64,000 nt of DNA from assembly GCA_000388065.2 (NCBI GenBank), contig KB932204.1; one strand, written 5' to 3'. Position 1 is the first letter of the stretch, and every line of letters starts with the position of its first letter. This DNA is from Fonticula alba ATCC 38817. Taxonomy: Eukaryota; Protista; Nucleariida. This document shows, piece after piece, positions 1 through 11,158 of this stretch. The notes below the pieces were generated by a model that was not told the origin of the DNA, ran no database searches, and worked only from the letters and a program-made list of their open reading frames with translations. A program made the translations under genes and the position numbers.

Positions 1-47
1 CCTAACCGCACATCTCCCCCACCCCCCTACCTCCCTCCGCACACCAG

Positions 48-459
48 GTTGATGAGAACGGCCGCATTCGCGATGCCAAGTTCAAGACTTTCGGCTGTGG
101 CTCGGCCATCGCCTCCTCTTCGCTGGCTACCGAGTGGATCATCGGCAAGTCCCTGGACGAGGCGGCTGCCATCAAGAACAGCGACATTGCCAAGGAGCTT
201 TGCCTCCCTCCGGTCAAGCTCCACTGCTCCAGTACGTGGCCCCCGCCTTGCCTACATGTTCCCCAAGGGGCCCACTGTCGGACTTTCGATGTCTTCCCAG
301 GCATGCGTGCGCATGCGCATTGATTTTGTGTTAACACGCCCATCCTCCCCCTTCCGCACCCTCCCCTGCACTCGCACAGTGCTCGCCGAGGAGGCCATCA
401 AGAAGGCCCTCAGCGACTATGAGAAGAAGCAGGCCGCTCTCAAGGCTGCTTCGGCCTGA
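48..459 (+). CDS. ISCU: Iron-sulfur cluster scaffold ISCU/Isu1, last two exons (48-231, 380-459); 5' part lies upstream of the window
   Basis: Spliced translation [30 protein letters not shown]...[12 protein letters not shown]|[11 protein letters not shown] contains the [14 protein letters not shown] and [10 protein letters not shown] signatures. The GTACGT...CAG intron at 232-379 restores the frame. Confidence 0.96.
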
Positions 460-869
460 GCGCGCCCCCCCCCCCCCGCCCCGTACCCTCTCGCGAGCCA
501 CCAGTGCAACTTGAAAAAAAAAATAACACGCGACACAGGGGCGCAACCCCCTCTCTCCCGCCAGGGTACAACTTGAGAGTCTCTTCCCTCCCTCGGTGAT
601 GTTGCCCCTCCCATGCCCGCGGGCTGTCCCTGCGCCCGGCGCTCGGCCCTCCGGCCATTGATACAGGAACAAACATAGAGCACCTCGCACATCTGAATGT
701 AAAATAGTTCTCCACCGGTTGTTGTCTATCCTTTTGCTTGCGGCCTGCCTTTTTTTTTTTTTTTTGGTGTCCCGTTCGGGGAGAAGAGGGCAAGGGCGGA
801 CTCACACGCATGCATTGGTCAAGGAAAAATGGTGCCGGACTTGTGAGCATGCTTGGCCCCACCACACAC

Positions 870-941
870 GGTTGAGTGGTGTAATGGTTATCACGGCAGA
901 CTCTGAATCTGTCAATCCGAGTTCGATTCTCGGCTCGACCT
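870..941 (+). tRNA. tRNA-Gln (CTG)
   Basis: Cloverleaf with acceptor GGTTGAG/CTCGACC, D-loop TGGTGTAATGG, anticodon arm GCAGA-CTCTGAA-TCTGT and T-loop GTTCGATT, followed by a T-run. Confidence 0.96.
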
Positions 942-1680
942 TTTGCTCCTTGGGGCACCGGTCCTCCATTGCTCTTTTGGCCACACGGAAGCAGGAACAG
1001 GCACACAAGCACGACCGAGGGGGCGGCGAAAGGGACCAAGACAAAGACATGCCCCGCGAGACTTGAACAGGGCGGAGGAGGGGCAACCGCCCGAGGGCCC
1101 CGTTCGCGGCACGACGCCTGGCGTGCCAGCCCCCGCTCCCTCTTAAGATGATCTCCGCGCGGAGATGGCTGGTGGGCACGCTCCGCGGGGAGGGGGGAAA
1201 AAATATTCCGGAAAAGGGCAACGGTGTATATGGCAGCGGGGAAGCACAAAGAGAGGGAGAAGAATATATGAATACAGGAGGGTGGCGCGTCGAGAGGGAG
1301 CGGGAAGGACCCGCGCACCCCGAGAGACCTCCAGGAGGGGGGATGATGCACACACACACACACATATACACACGCACGCGCGCGCGCGCGCGCGCGCACG
1401 CCTCGGCACGAATGGTGGTGTTTGAAAAGGGGAGATCACGCTCGGAACCCAGTGTCTAGCAGGCTTGCGCGAGGCGCGAGCGAGGAGGGGGGAGAGAGGG
1501 TGGGGGCCGACGGCCAGGCGTCTGAAAAGAGGGGAGAGACAGCAGAGGGCACGGCGCTCGCTCTGGCTGAGACCCGCTCGAGGGAGGAAAGAAGGGGAAG
1601 GGAGAAGCACTGCATGTCCGTCCACGCGCGCGTATGGGGAGGGGGGGGGGAGGAAAAGGGAAGGAAAGGTCTGGCGCCCT

Positions 1681-2498
1681 TTAGTTGCGGAGCTTGCGGG
1701 TGCTGGGGAGCTCACCGGCCTCGGCGGCGTCAAGGCGAGCCTTGCCGATGCCCATGCTCTGGAACATGCAGGTGTCGAGGACGTTCTGCTCCTGGCGGCA
1801 GTAGCGGAAGGACTGGTTGTTAAGGTCGATGCACTTCCAGTAGCGGAAGAACTCGTCCGAGCAGTAGGCGTTGACCTTGTTCATGCTGAACAGGGGAGGG
1901 AGAGAGAGAGAGAGAGCGGGGAGGAGGGGGAATGGGGTCAGCGGAAGGGTCGGCGGGGAGGGGGAGAGGGAGGGTGGATGGGTACAGCAGGGGGAAGAAT
2001 GGAGGAGGTAGACAGGGCGTACATCTCGGAGGCACACTTGACAACCTCGACACTCTCGTCGATGCACTTGTCGACGGCACTACGGAGGGGAGAGGGGAGA
2101 GGGGGGAGGACCGGAGAGCGGGGGGATGTTAGCCAGTGGAAGCAGCAAACGAGGGACAGAGATTAGGCCAGACGCACATGTTGGGGTTGTTCTCGTGGCA
2201 GGTCATGAACTTGGTGTTCTGCTGCATGCAGTACTCGCCGATGTAGAAAGCAGAGCTGAGATCGCGACCAGGACAATCCCACCGGGGGGGTGGGGGGGGG
2301 AGCGGGAGAAGGAGGACAAAGGGATGGGTCAGTCTGGGGGCGGTCAAGGAGAGGAGAAACAGGGGAGAGAGGGGGGGAGGCCAAGCAAGCGCGAAAGGGG
2401 CTCTGGGCGCACGCCATCAGCGGGGACGAGGTCACCTGGAAGGAGGAGGCGGCCTCGGGAGAAAGGGGGGTCTTCTGGCTGTCGGTGGAGTCGGACAT
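1681..2498 (-). CDS. NDUFA8: NADH:ubiquinone oxidoreductase subunit NDUFA8 (twin CX9C), 4 exons
   Basis: Joined exons give MSDSTDSQK...VTSSPLMASAFYIGEYCMQQNTKFMTCHENNPNIAVDKCIDESVEVVKCASEIMNKVNAYCSDEFFRYWKCIDLNNQSFRYCRQEQNVLDTCMF. The repeated CX9C spacing matches NDUFA8, and three GT-AG introns keep the frame. Confidence 0.88.
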
Positions 2499-3630
2499 GG
2501 CTCTGTTGCGGATTGGCCAAGTCCGTCGGCGGACACGAGAGGGAACAGACCGGTTAGGAGGAGCCAAAGGCAGCGGAAGAGCAGGGCAGAGATTCCAAGA
2601 AAAAGGGAGGGGGGACGAAGGGGAAGGGCGGGAGAGGGCGGCAATGCCATGGCCGCTGGGGCCCAAGCACAAGGACAGGCGGGCCGCCATCGGGTGCCAC
2701 CCATGCGACCGGCAACGGAGTCCGACGGCCGGCGCAGCTACACGCGCGCGCGCGCGCGCGCGAAGCCCACGCCCAGACGATAGGGGGGGAGGCAAAGTTT
2801 GGGGGCACACCAGGGGGAGGAGGGAGAGAGGGGGGGGGAGGGCAATAGGTACAATTCAAGAAAGAGGGAGAGGTCGGGGAGCAGTAGGGGGGGGGAGATA
2901 CTGCCGGGGCCGGGGCCTGTGTGTGGCGGACGGCCCCGGCAGCCGGCCCTGAGGGGGCAGCCCCTTCAGTTGCAGAACAAGAGAAACAGCGCGGCGATCG
3001 GCGCCCGGCGAGAGACACGTCTGGAGGCGCAACGAGAGGGGGGGGGGGGAGCAGCCCAGCCCGGCCGGCCCGCCGTCCAGGCAAACCTCGAACGCCCCCC
3101 CCCTCCCAGGGGACATATATTCAAGCTTGCAGGGAAGAGCAAAAGGGCGAGAGCAGAGAACGGGGAATGGGGGACACCCGCGCGACCTTCCGGCCGAACA
3201 GGTGCTATCTAGGCCGGTCAGCCTGCATGTTGGGGAGCAACAACCCTCCCCGCTCCCTTCACAGGCACCCCCCCCCCCCCCAGACGAGAGTGGATGCCAA
3301 CTGAACACTCTTCAACCCTACTACTGCCTGCGCGCGGACACGCGCGCGCCTCCCCCCGCGCCGCCATACCCTGTTGGACCCGACCGCAAAAGGCCGAGGA
3401 AGGGGGCAGCAATGCCACAGCCCTGGCCTGCCCGGTGGACCAAGCCACCGGACAGGCGCCTCAAGTGCGCATGCGCATCCACATCCCCACATGTCCGGAT
3501 AAGAGACCAAAGCAAGAGGCAAGGGCGAAAGAACGAAAGAGAGAGAGGGGGGGGGGGGGGGGGGGGCGGAGGCAGGGTGGCAACAACATATGCGGCCAGT
3601 GGTGTGTTGAAATGGTATTCCGTGGTCTGA

Positions 3631-4570
3631 TCAAAGCATGTGATATGTGCTTGAGAGGTGCTCTCTCAGGCGCGTGACCAGCTGGCCGAACTGCAGCCGC
3701 GCATTGGCCGACGGGCCATCGAGCCAGACACAGCGCACATGCACTGCCTCCTGGCCCTCCTCATGGCCTGCGCCGGACTCCGAAGGGCGAGCAGCCGGGG
3801 TGCAGAGAATCTCACATCGGAAGAGGTATGTCTGGTTCATGAAGTCCGGGGGATCGTGGGCCGGTGCGTCCCCTGCCTCCGGGGTGGGCCCACCGTCGGC
3901 CGGCGGTTGTGCCGAGTCAGCCAGAGCCTCACTGGCCGGGCGCTTTGCACCATGCAAACGCCGGGCCTTGCGGTTCCACGGGTTGAAGAGCATCCGCAGG
4001 CGCATGATGAGCTGCGGGGAACGGCGCGGCCCGTCGACTGGCGCGTGGGAAGAGTCGCCATCCGGCGCGTCGATGTCCGGCACGCCGGTGAGTCGGCACG
4101 CCTCAATCACAACTCCTCCGCCGGCCGAGAGGCCGAAGAAGCGTGCCAGGCTGGCCTTCAGGGAGGATAACTCCGGCACCGGGCCAGGAGGGTCTTTGTG
4201 TCGTGTCAGGGAGAACTCCTCAAAGTGGATGGCTCGCGGCCTGGCATGCTTGCCGATGGCCAGGGGGCTCTGGGGGAGGCCGATGCGGGATGAGCGAGAG
4301 CAGGAGGGACTACGTGGTCAGCAAGAAAGGGAGGGGAAAGGCCTGCACACGGGGACAGAAAAAAGAAGGCAGAAGAGCGACAAAGAGAGAGAGAGAGAGA
4401 GAGAAGGACAGAGGAAGAGGAGGGGACGCACGCGTGGAATATGGGCCTCAGTATGGGACCAGGCAATTGCCCATCGAGCGGTACGCCCTTGGCGAAACTC
4501 GGCAACCTGGAAGTTTGCGATCTGTCGTCGGCGGGATTTGAGGCGGAAGGAGGAAGAGGCGGTCAGGGAC

Positions 4571-4641
<71 letters not shown>

Positions 4642-6198
4642 AAGAGGACCCTCTGCGAGATTGGAGGCGGGGAAGAGGGCTCGAGCCCACGGTGGACATA
4701 CGGATTTCTCTCGCAGGTGACGGCGGACATCCTCAACATGTGAGGCAAATCCCAGCTGGCTGGTGTACCATCGGATGCGGGTCTGCAGGCCAGGAAGACA
4801 GGACTCGTCCACCAGCCGACGGACAAAGGCCGCCTCGCCGCCGGTGGTGCTCAACTCATGCGCAGCCCCCGGCGGGCGAGTGGTCGTCCAAGCGCCGGCC
4901 CCCGAGGCCCGGCGCAAACCAGCCGACGCATCCAGCTGGGCCTGCCCCGTGTAAAAGGGCGGGTTGCAAATGGTGAAGTCCAGGCGCCGTGGCAATGAGA
5001 GGGCCGTGGGTCTGGAGTCCCCGAAGGGGGACAATTCCAGATCACCGGTGTCCGGGTGGAAGAGCGGCTCCAGGATCGCAAGGGCCCCGTCTGGCCGGAG
5101 AGTGTGGAAGAGGGCAATTTCCTTGGCAAGACCATTGCGCTCGATGTTCGCCTGGGCTGAAGCGAGCGACTCGGCGTTGGTGTCTGAATTGGGCCAGGTT
5201 AGATCGGGGTATCCTGGACCCAGAAAGACGGGCATATGTATCCCCCCCCCCCCCCCCCCTGTGTCGGGGCGATATGGTGGAGCCGCCCGCCGCCGTGGCC
5301 GCAGCCGGGAGGCCCGGGTTCCGAGGAGCGAAAGGCCGAAACCAGCGACCTCCCCCCGCCCAACGCTTGCTGACTCGCCTCAGACCCCCCCCCCCCCCCC
5401 GCGCCGCTGACTGAGGAGGCGCACCGATGCCGAGCATCATCCAATCCGGATGGAGCCGCAGAGCCAGCAGTGGATAGATGCACGAATGGCCAACACCACT
5501 GTCACACCCGAGAGGGAAGGTCAATAGGAGGCGTGATGGCAGTGGGGAGGGAGGAGTAAGTGACGGGCAGTTGTGCCAAGGCGGCGGTGGCGGTGCAAAA
5601 GGGCATTGAGGACGCAGACGCACATGTCAATGCCGCAGGCTGGGGATCGGGCCGAGGGCGGGACCAGGCCCGTGGCATCCTCCGCGTCCTCGCCAAGGCC
5701 AAGCAAATCCTCCACCCAGTGGATGTAGTTTAGCCTGGGCGTTATGGTTGGAGGCCACCCGAAAGAGGGGGCGAGGCCAAAGAGAAGCAGGGTCAGTCCC
5801 ATGTAAGATGCCCACACGGGGCGCAAGGAAGGGGGGAACGATTCAATTATTCACATGGCACAGCGGGGACATGGGACAAGGAGGGAGGAAGCGCAGTCGA
5901 GCACACTACCTGACCGTGATCGCCGGGCAGAGGACCCCCTCGGGGAGGACGACATCCAAGTTGAATTCATCCAGCAGCAGGGCCCGGGTCAGTGCAGCCG
6001 TGGCCCCGGGTCGGGAGAAGTCGATGCTGGCCAGAGGGGGGCGTGTGCGACCCGCTGTGGCAGCCTGGCTGGTCTGGGCGTCGGCCGGGTCACGGTCCCG
6101 GACACTGGAGGTATGATGGAGGTCAGGGGAGCCGGCCATAGCCAGAAGAACAGGCGAGGGAGGCAGGGCCGCCGAGGAAGGGGCGGCGGGAGGCGAGA

Positions 6199-6245
<47 letters not shown>

Positions 6246-6377
6246 CGACAGGAGGCGTGCTGCGGGGGGGGGGGGGGGGGGGGAGGGGAACACGAACAAG
6301 TCCGCGAGGAAGGGATACTTCTGGGCGAGGGTCCGGAAGCAGGGGGTCCGCGAGGCGAAGCGATTCCGCGGGTGCAT
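3631..6377 (-). CDS. METTL16: U6 snRNA m6A methyltransferase METTL16, about 7 exons
   Basis: N-terminus MHPRNRF, LCPAITVRLNYIHWVEDLL, SAM motif GIDIGVGHSCIYPLL, catalytic CNPPFY, TTGGEAAFV, WYTSQLG, EFRQGRTARWAIAWS and a C-terminal PWNRKARR segment. Six GT-AG introns restore the frame. Confidence 0.92.
4573..4639. repeat. 67-nt G homopolymer (poly-C on the sense strand of a METTL16 intron)
   Basis: Uninterrupted G run read directly from the sequence. Confidence 0.95.
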
Positions 6378-7305
6378 GGGCGGCGGGGACAGGAGGTGGC
6401 AAGAGGTCCGTGCGAGATGGCCAGGGCGGAGCAGCAGCGATGACGAAGAATGTGCGGTGCAATGGGTGGAGGGGACAGGGAGAGGGTCTTTTGCTCGCGC
6501 CCCCGGAGAAGGCAGGACAGGCCCCCCGGCCTCTTGACCTGAAGAAGGACAACATCAAGCGGAACGTCCATCTCATCCGGGTCCACCTCGGCCCGGTGTC
6601 CTCCCGTGCCCCCCTCTCCCTCTCTCTCCCCACATCTCAGCCCCGCACACTGTCTCTGCCTCTTCCCCGCCTGAGGCCCTGTGCCGCAGGAGGCACGACC
6701 CTGCCTACTCCACATGTTGGCTCCCCCCCCCCCCCTCCGCGGCCCCGATATACCGCACCATGGTCGGGAGGAGTTCGAAAAAAAACGGAGCGCCCCTCTC
6801 GGTCCCGGGCGCTGCCACGTCCCCTCTCTCGCCCCTCCTTCCCCCCTCCCTTGGGCGCGGGCGGCAGTGAAAGAAAGGGAAAAAACGATGATGCGGATGA
6901 GATGGCCAGGTGTGTGAGGCAGGTATATTTTTTCTCTTGGGGTCACACACAGCACACAACACGGGGCTCCCCCCACAGGTGGGAAGGGGGGCACCGCCGC
7001 CGCAGTGGGGCCGCGCGCACACACGCAAAATTAAGCAACCCACATGCACATGCAAACCCGACACACTGCCTGCGCACAGCGCCCCTGCAGAGAGGGGGAG
7101 AGACGCGGCGCGGGAAGGTGTAGTGGATGCACAGCCAAGGGGGGACCACCCCGGGAGCAGCCCGGGAAAGAGAGGGGCACAGGACACGACCGGGGGACAA
7201 CGCATCGGCGCGCGCCCCAAGAAGATCCCGGGGACCCGGGGGGGGGGAGTCATCCTCTGCGGACCGGAAGGGGGTGCGATGAGAGAGAGACGAGAGAGAA
7301 CACAT

Positions 7306-8150
7306 TTAGTTCTCCTCCTCCTCACCCTCGAACTCCTCATCACCACCCTCAAGGTCGAAGTACTTGATGGTGTAGGTGTAGGAGCCGGTGGCGGAGACGC
7401 GCATGTAGTCACGGAAGTTGTTCTTCTTGAGGAACTTCTTGGTGAGGTACTTGAGGTAGCGCTTGGAGAAGGCGATGGTGGTGGTGACGTTCAGGAAGTC
7501 GCCATCAGCCTCAACAACGATGTCCTCGCCGAGGTTGGCGGTCTTGCCGTTGACCTTGATGCGGCTGGCAATGTACTGCTGGAAGTTGTCCATGTCGAAG
7601 ATGGAGTCACCCAGGGGGAGGGAGCAGTCGATCTTGAAGACGCGCTTGGCAGCCTTGGGGGTAGAAACGGGCTGTGATGAGGGGGGAGGGCGGCGGCGGC
7701 AGAGGGCGCATGTGAGTGGGGCAATGCCGGGAGGGGGGAGAGAAGGGCCGGGCACTTGCGCGCGTATGTGTGTGTGCAAAAATGGCGTGGCGCATGATCC
7801 CCCAACCGGAGAAAGGAGCACAGCACCGGGGGGATGGCACAAGCGCGGAAGCTTCGTCGAGGGGAAGAAGAAAACCAGAGAGGGGGAGAGCCGGGACACC
7901 GGAAGGCGCATGAGAGCGTGACGCAGCCATTGGCCACCACCCGGCGGCCCTCTGGTAACTTCTCCGACGAGAGCCACGCATTGACCAACCAACCGGAGGA
8001 GGCACCTTGACACCCGGGCATGAGGGGGGGACCAAGAACACCACCCAAGGGATGGGAGGGGCGCAGCAAAGGAGCAATGGGGAGGGGGCGCGTGTGGGGA
8101 ATATTCTGAGTGCTTTAATGCGGCTCACCGCGACTGACCTTGACGGCCAT
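7306..8150 (-). CDS. RPL22: 60S ribosomal protein eL22; exons 8139-8150 (MAVK) and 7306-7671
   Basis: FKIDCSLP...FQQYIASRIKVNGKTANLG...FSKRYLKYLTKKFLKKNNFRDYMRV with an acidic tail. ATGGCCGTCAAG|GTCAGT joins in phase 0. Confidence 0.96.
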
Positions 8151-10333
8151 GATTGCAATCCTTTCTTTACACTACAGTACTGTAGACGCAACACAAACTA
8201 AGGATGTGCAACCGCGGACGATAAAATGGCATTGGACACAGAGAGGGGAACAAGAGCAAGGGCAAGAGTTAGGACAGCGAGCAGGGGAGGTACGCACGAT
8301 CTTTGTGTCCAGGCGAGGGGAAGAGACAGCCGGCGAGGACGCTCTCGGGGACAAAAGACGAATGAAGGGCAAACTGGGTGGGGGGGGGGAAAGGGGACGG
8401 GCAACGCTACACGCGAGCATGAACGCCCGCGGCAGGCACCGAGGCTCACATGGTCGGGTGGGGGAGGGCCGCAAACGCAAGCACAATCGTTGAGGCGCGC
8501 GGGCGTGTATATGCGCGTGAATGGACTTGTGTGCTCGTAAACCGGTACACACAAGGGCAGACACACACACACACACACACGCGCGCGCGCACACACGAAC
8601 GCAGGCGGGCGAATGCGACACTCACGCGCAGCACACAAGAGGCCGACACCACAACCAGTCAAAGAGAGAGAGGGGAAGGGAAAGGCGCGCGCGGCGACGT
8701 ACAGGAACCATATGGAGGGAGCGAGGCCCTTTGGCGGCGGGCCACCCTGAGCTCCCACATATATGGGCGGAAATGCATGCCCGCACGCGGGTCCCCGCGA
8801 GCACCCGCGCGCACGCGCGCGCCAGCACATCGCCCGGGGAGACACACACGCGAGCGCGCCTCCCCCCGCCCCCCCCCCCCTCTCCGGCGGGGCTCGGAAG
8901 ACACCAGGGGGAAGACCGACGCTCAGGGGTGTGGCCGCTGCCCCCCGCGCGCCCCGCCCCCGCCGACTTCAGCCCCCGTCCCTACACCCGCCTGCGCCAT
9001 TGGGAACGATGCTGGGGGTCCCCCCCCCCCTCCACTACTTCGACTCTCAAACAGGCTGCTTTACCAGACACACACCGGCGGGACCGGCGCCAGAGCCCCG
9101 GCGTGTTGAACAATGCAGCGCACATAGCCCCCCCCTCCCCCCCCCCCACCCTGGGCGGGGTGCGCACATACGCCAGGTGGGGGCGGGCACCGTGCACACG
9201 CGGGGCGAGGGTGGGGGGGGGACCGCGCCGGGGCAACAGGACAACCCTCGCACCGGCCCGCCCACATGCACGCAACGGGAAACAGGGATAGCCCTGGCCC
9301 GGCGCCACAAGGTGCACCATGCTGCACATGCTATCGCGAGGGCCTTGGAAAAGACAGCGTGGCGCCTGCCTTCTCGTCCCGGCGCCCGGCCCCGCCCCCG
9401 ACCCCACCCGGAACAACATGCCGCTCCCAGGCCAGCCCAACCCCCCGAAAGGCACACGAGAGGCGCCCGAAGGGTGTTCGGCTCGGACATACAATGACCC
9501 AGGAGGCTCGGAAGCGGCTGCGCAGGCATTGGTTGCCTCCAGAAGAAGCCTCACACCGGAAAGCACAAGGAAAGACCCATGCCAGCTCTCCCACGCGATA
9601 AATATAAAAACATGGATTTTCCAAGTCTCTCCCTCTTTTTTCCGCACTGAAAGCCCCTTGCGTCTCCAGGGTTTCGCCAGGGGTTTCCAGTTAAGAACAC
9701 CGAACGACCCCAAAATCAACGGTCTAGGGTCGCACCCGGGTGATCACGTCCCCATATTCGAATCACGCACTGCACACCGGCCAGCCGCCAATTATTTTTA
9801 AATTTCCTCCTGTGTATCCGGATTTTTATAACTGCCCAGAACCGGCGGCTGTTCACCGGCAGGAGCGGCGGAATCTGCGCTCCCGGCTCGCCATTCGGGC
9901 ACCCGCCCCCGACCCGCCGCCCTCTGGCCCAGTCGGGCTGTCCTGGCGCTGCCTTTTCCAGGGCGGAGCCAATGGAGACGCTTGCTTGCGTTTCCCGGGG
10001 AACATCTCTCGGCGTGGCCCGCACCGCCGGGCCGAAGATTGCAGCCCCCCCCCCCCCCCTGTTTGGCCACCGAGAGGGAGGTGGCGCAGAAGGAGGACAG
10101 GCAAGGCAGGGGAGGAATTTATCATGACCCGCGGCTGGCACTCGTCCCCGGGCCCCTCCGGGGATGAGCCAGAACGCCTCCTCCCTCCGCCCCTTGTCGC
10201 CACACATCCGCATCAGCCTTGTGGGCTGACTTCGCCCCCCTTCCCTCCCTCCCTCCCTCCCTCCCCCTCTCTCTCTCTCCCTCCGTCCGCATTTCGCCCC
10301 GCCTTGCCGTCCGACCCCTGATGCTACCTGACC

Positions 10334-11126
10334 ATGCGGGGCACAGGCTCTAGCCCTGGAGCCGGAGCGCAGCGGCCGAGTGTCCCGGCGGTGCCGGCCT
10401 CCGGGCTACCCCCACGCGCACCGCTCCCCCTCGATGGGACTCTCTCCCTGCAGCACACCTCGGACATGGTGCGGCGCCTGAAGAAGCGGATCGCCGGAAC
10501 AGCGGCCACGATCGGACGCGAGGACCCCGGAGTCGGAGCGGCACCAGCAGCAGTAGCAGCAACATCAACATCAACAGCAATGGCAGCAGCAGCAGCAGCA
10601 GCGACAGCAGCCGCACCATCCCGGGCGCCCCTCTCCCAGTCGCGTGTCCGGCGATCTTTCTCCTCCAGCTTCGGTGACCTGCTGGCCGGGCTACCCCTGG
10701 AAGAGCCGGGTGCCTCTGGCAGTGGCATTGGGGAAGCGCCTGGCTTTTCTCTCGCCGCCCTGAGTAGCGGAGATGTCTCCGACTCATCGCTCTCCTTCTC
10801 CTCACTGCTGAGCGGCCCTGGTGGTATGCGTCCAGCCGACTCGGTCGTGGCCGCGACGCATTATGGCAGCTCCTCCCCCCTCACCGGGATCCCACTATCC
10901 CTGACGGCATTGTCGTCCTCCTTTTCCGGATCTTCCACGACTCCGACCGCCGGCCCTGGGGTCCTATCGGCCTCGGCCGGGCCCGGTCCAAGTGCCGGCA
11001 CCGGTGCCTCTCGACTCACGGCTTCAATGCTGGAGCCAGTCGAGGGAGCCGCGGCTCCGGCCACAGCTACGACAGCATCATCGGCAACCACGACAGCGAC
11101 GGCAACGACGGCGACGGCAGCAGCAT

Positions 11127-11158
<32 letters not shown>

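Noticed and set aside
6956-6969. ACAACACGGGGCTC resembling RNase MRP conserved region V
   Set aside because: No upstream GAAAGTCCCC (CR-I) partner, and the conserved A after GGGGCTN is missing.
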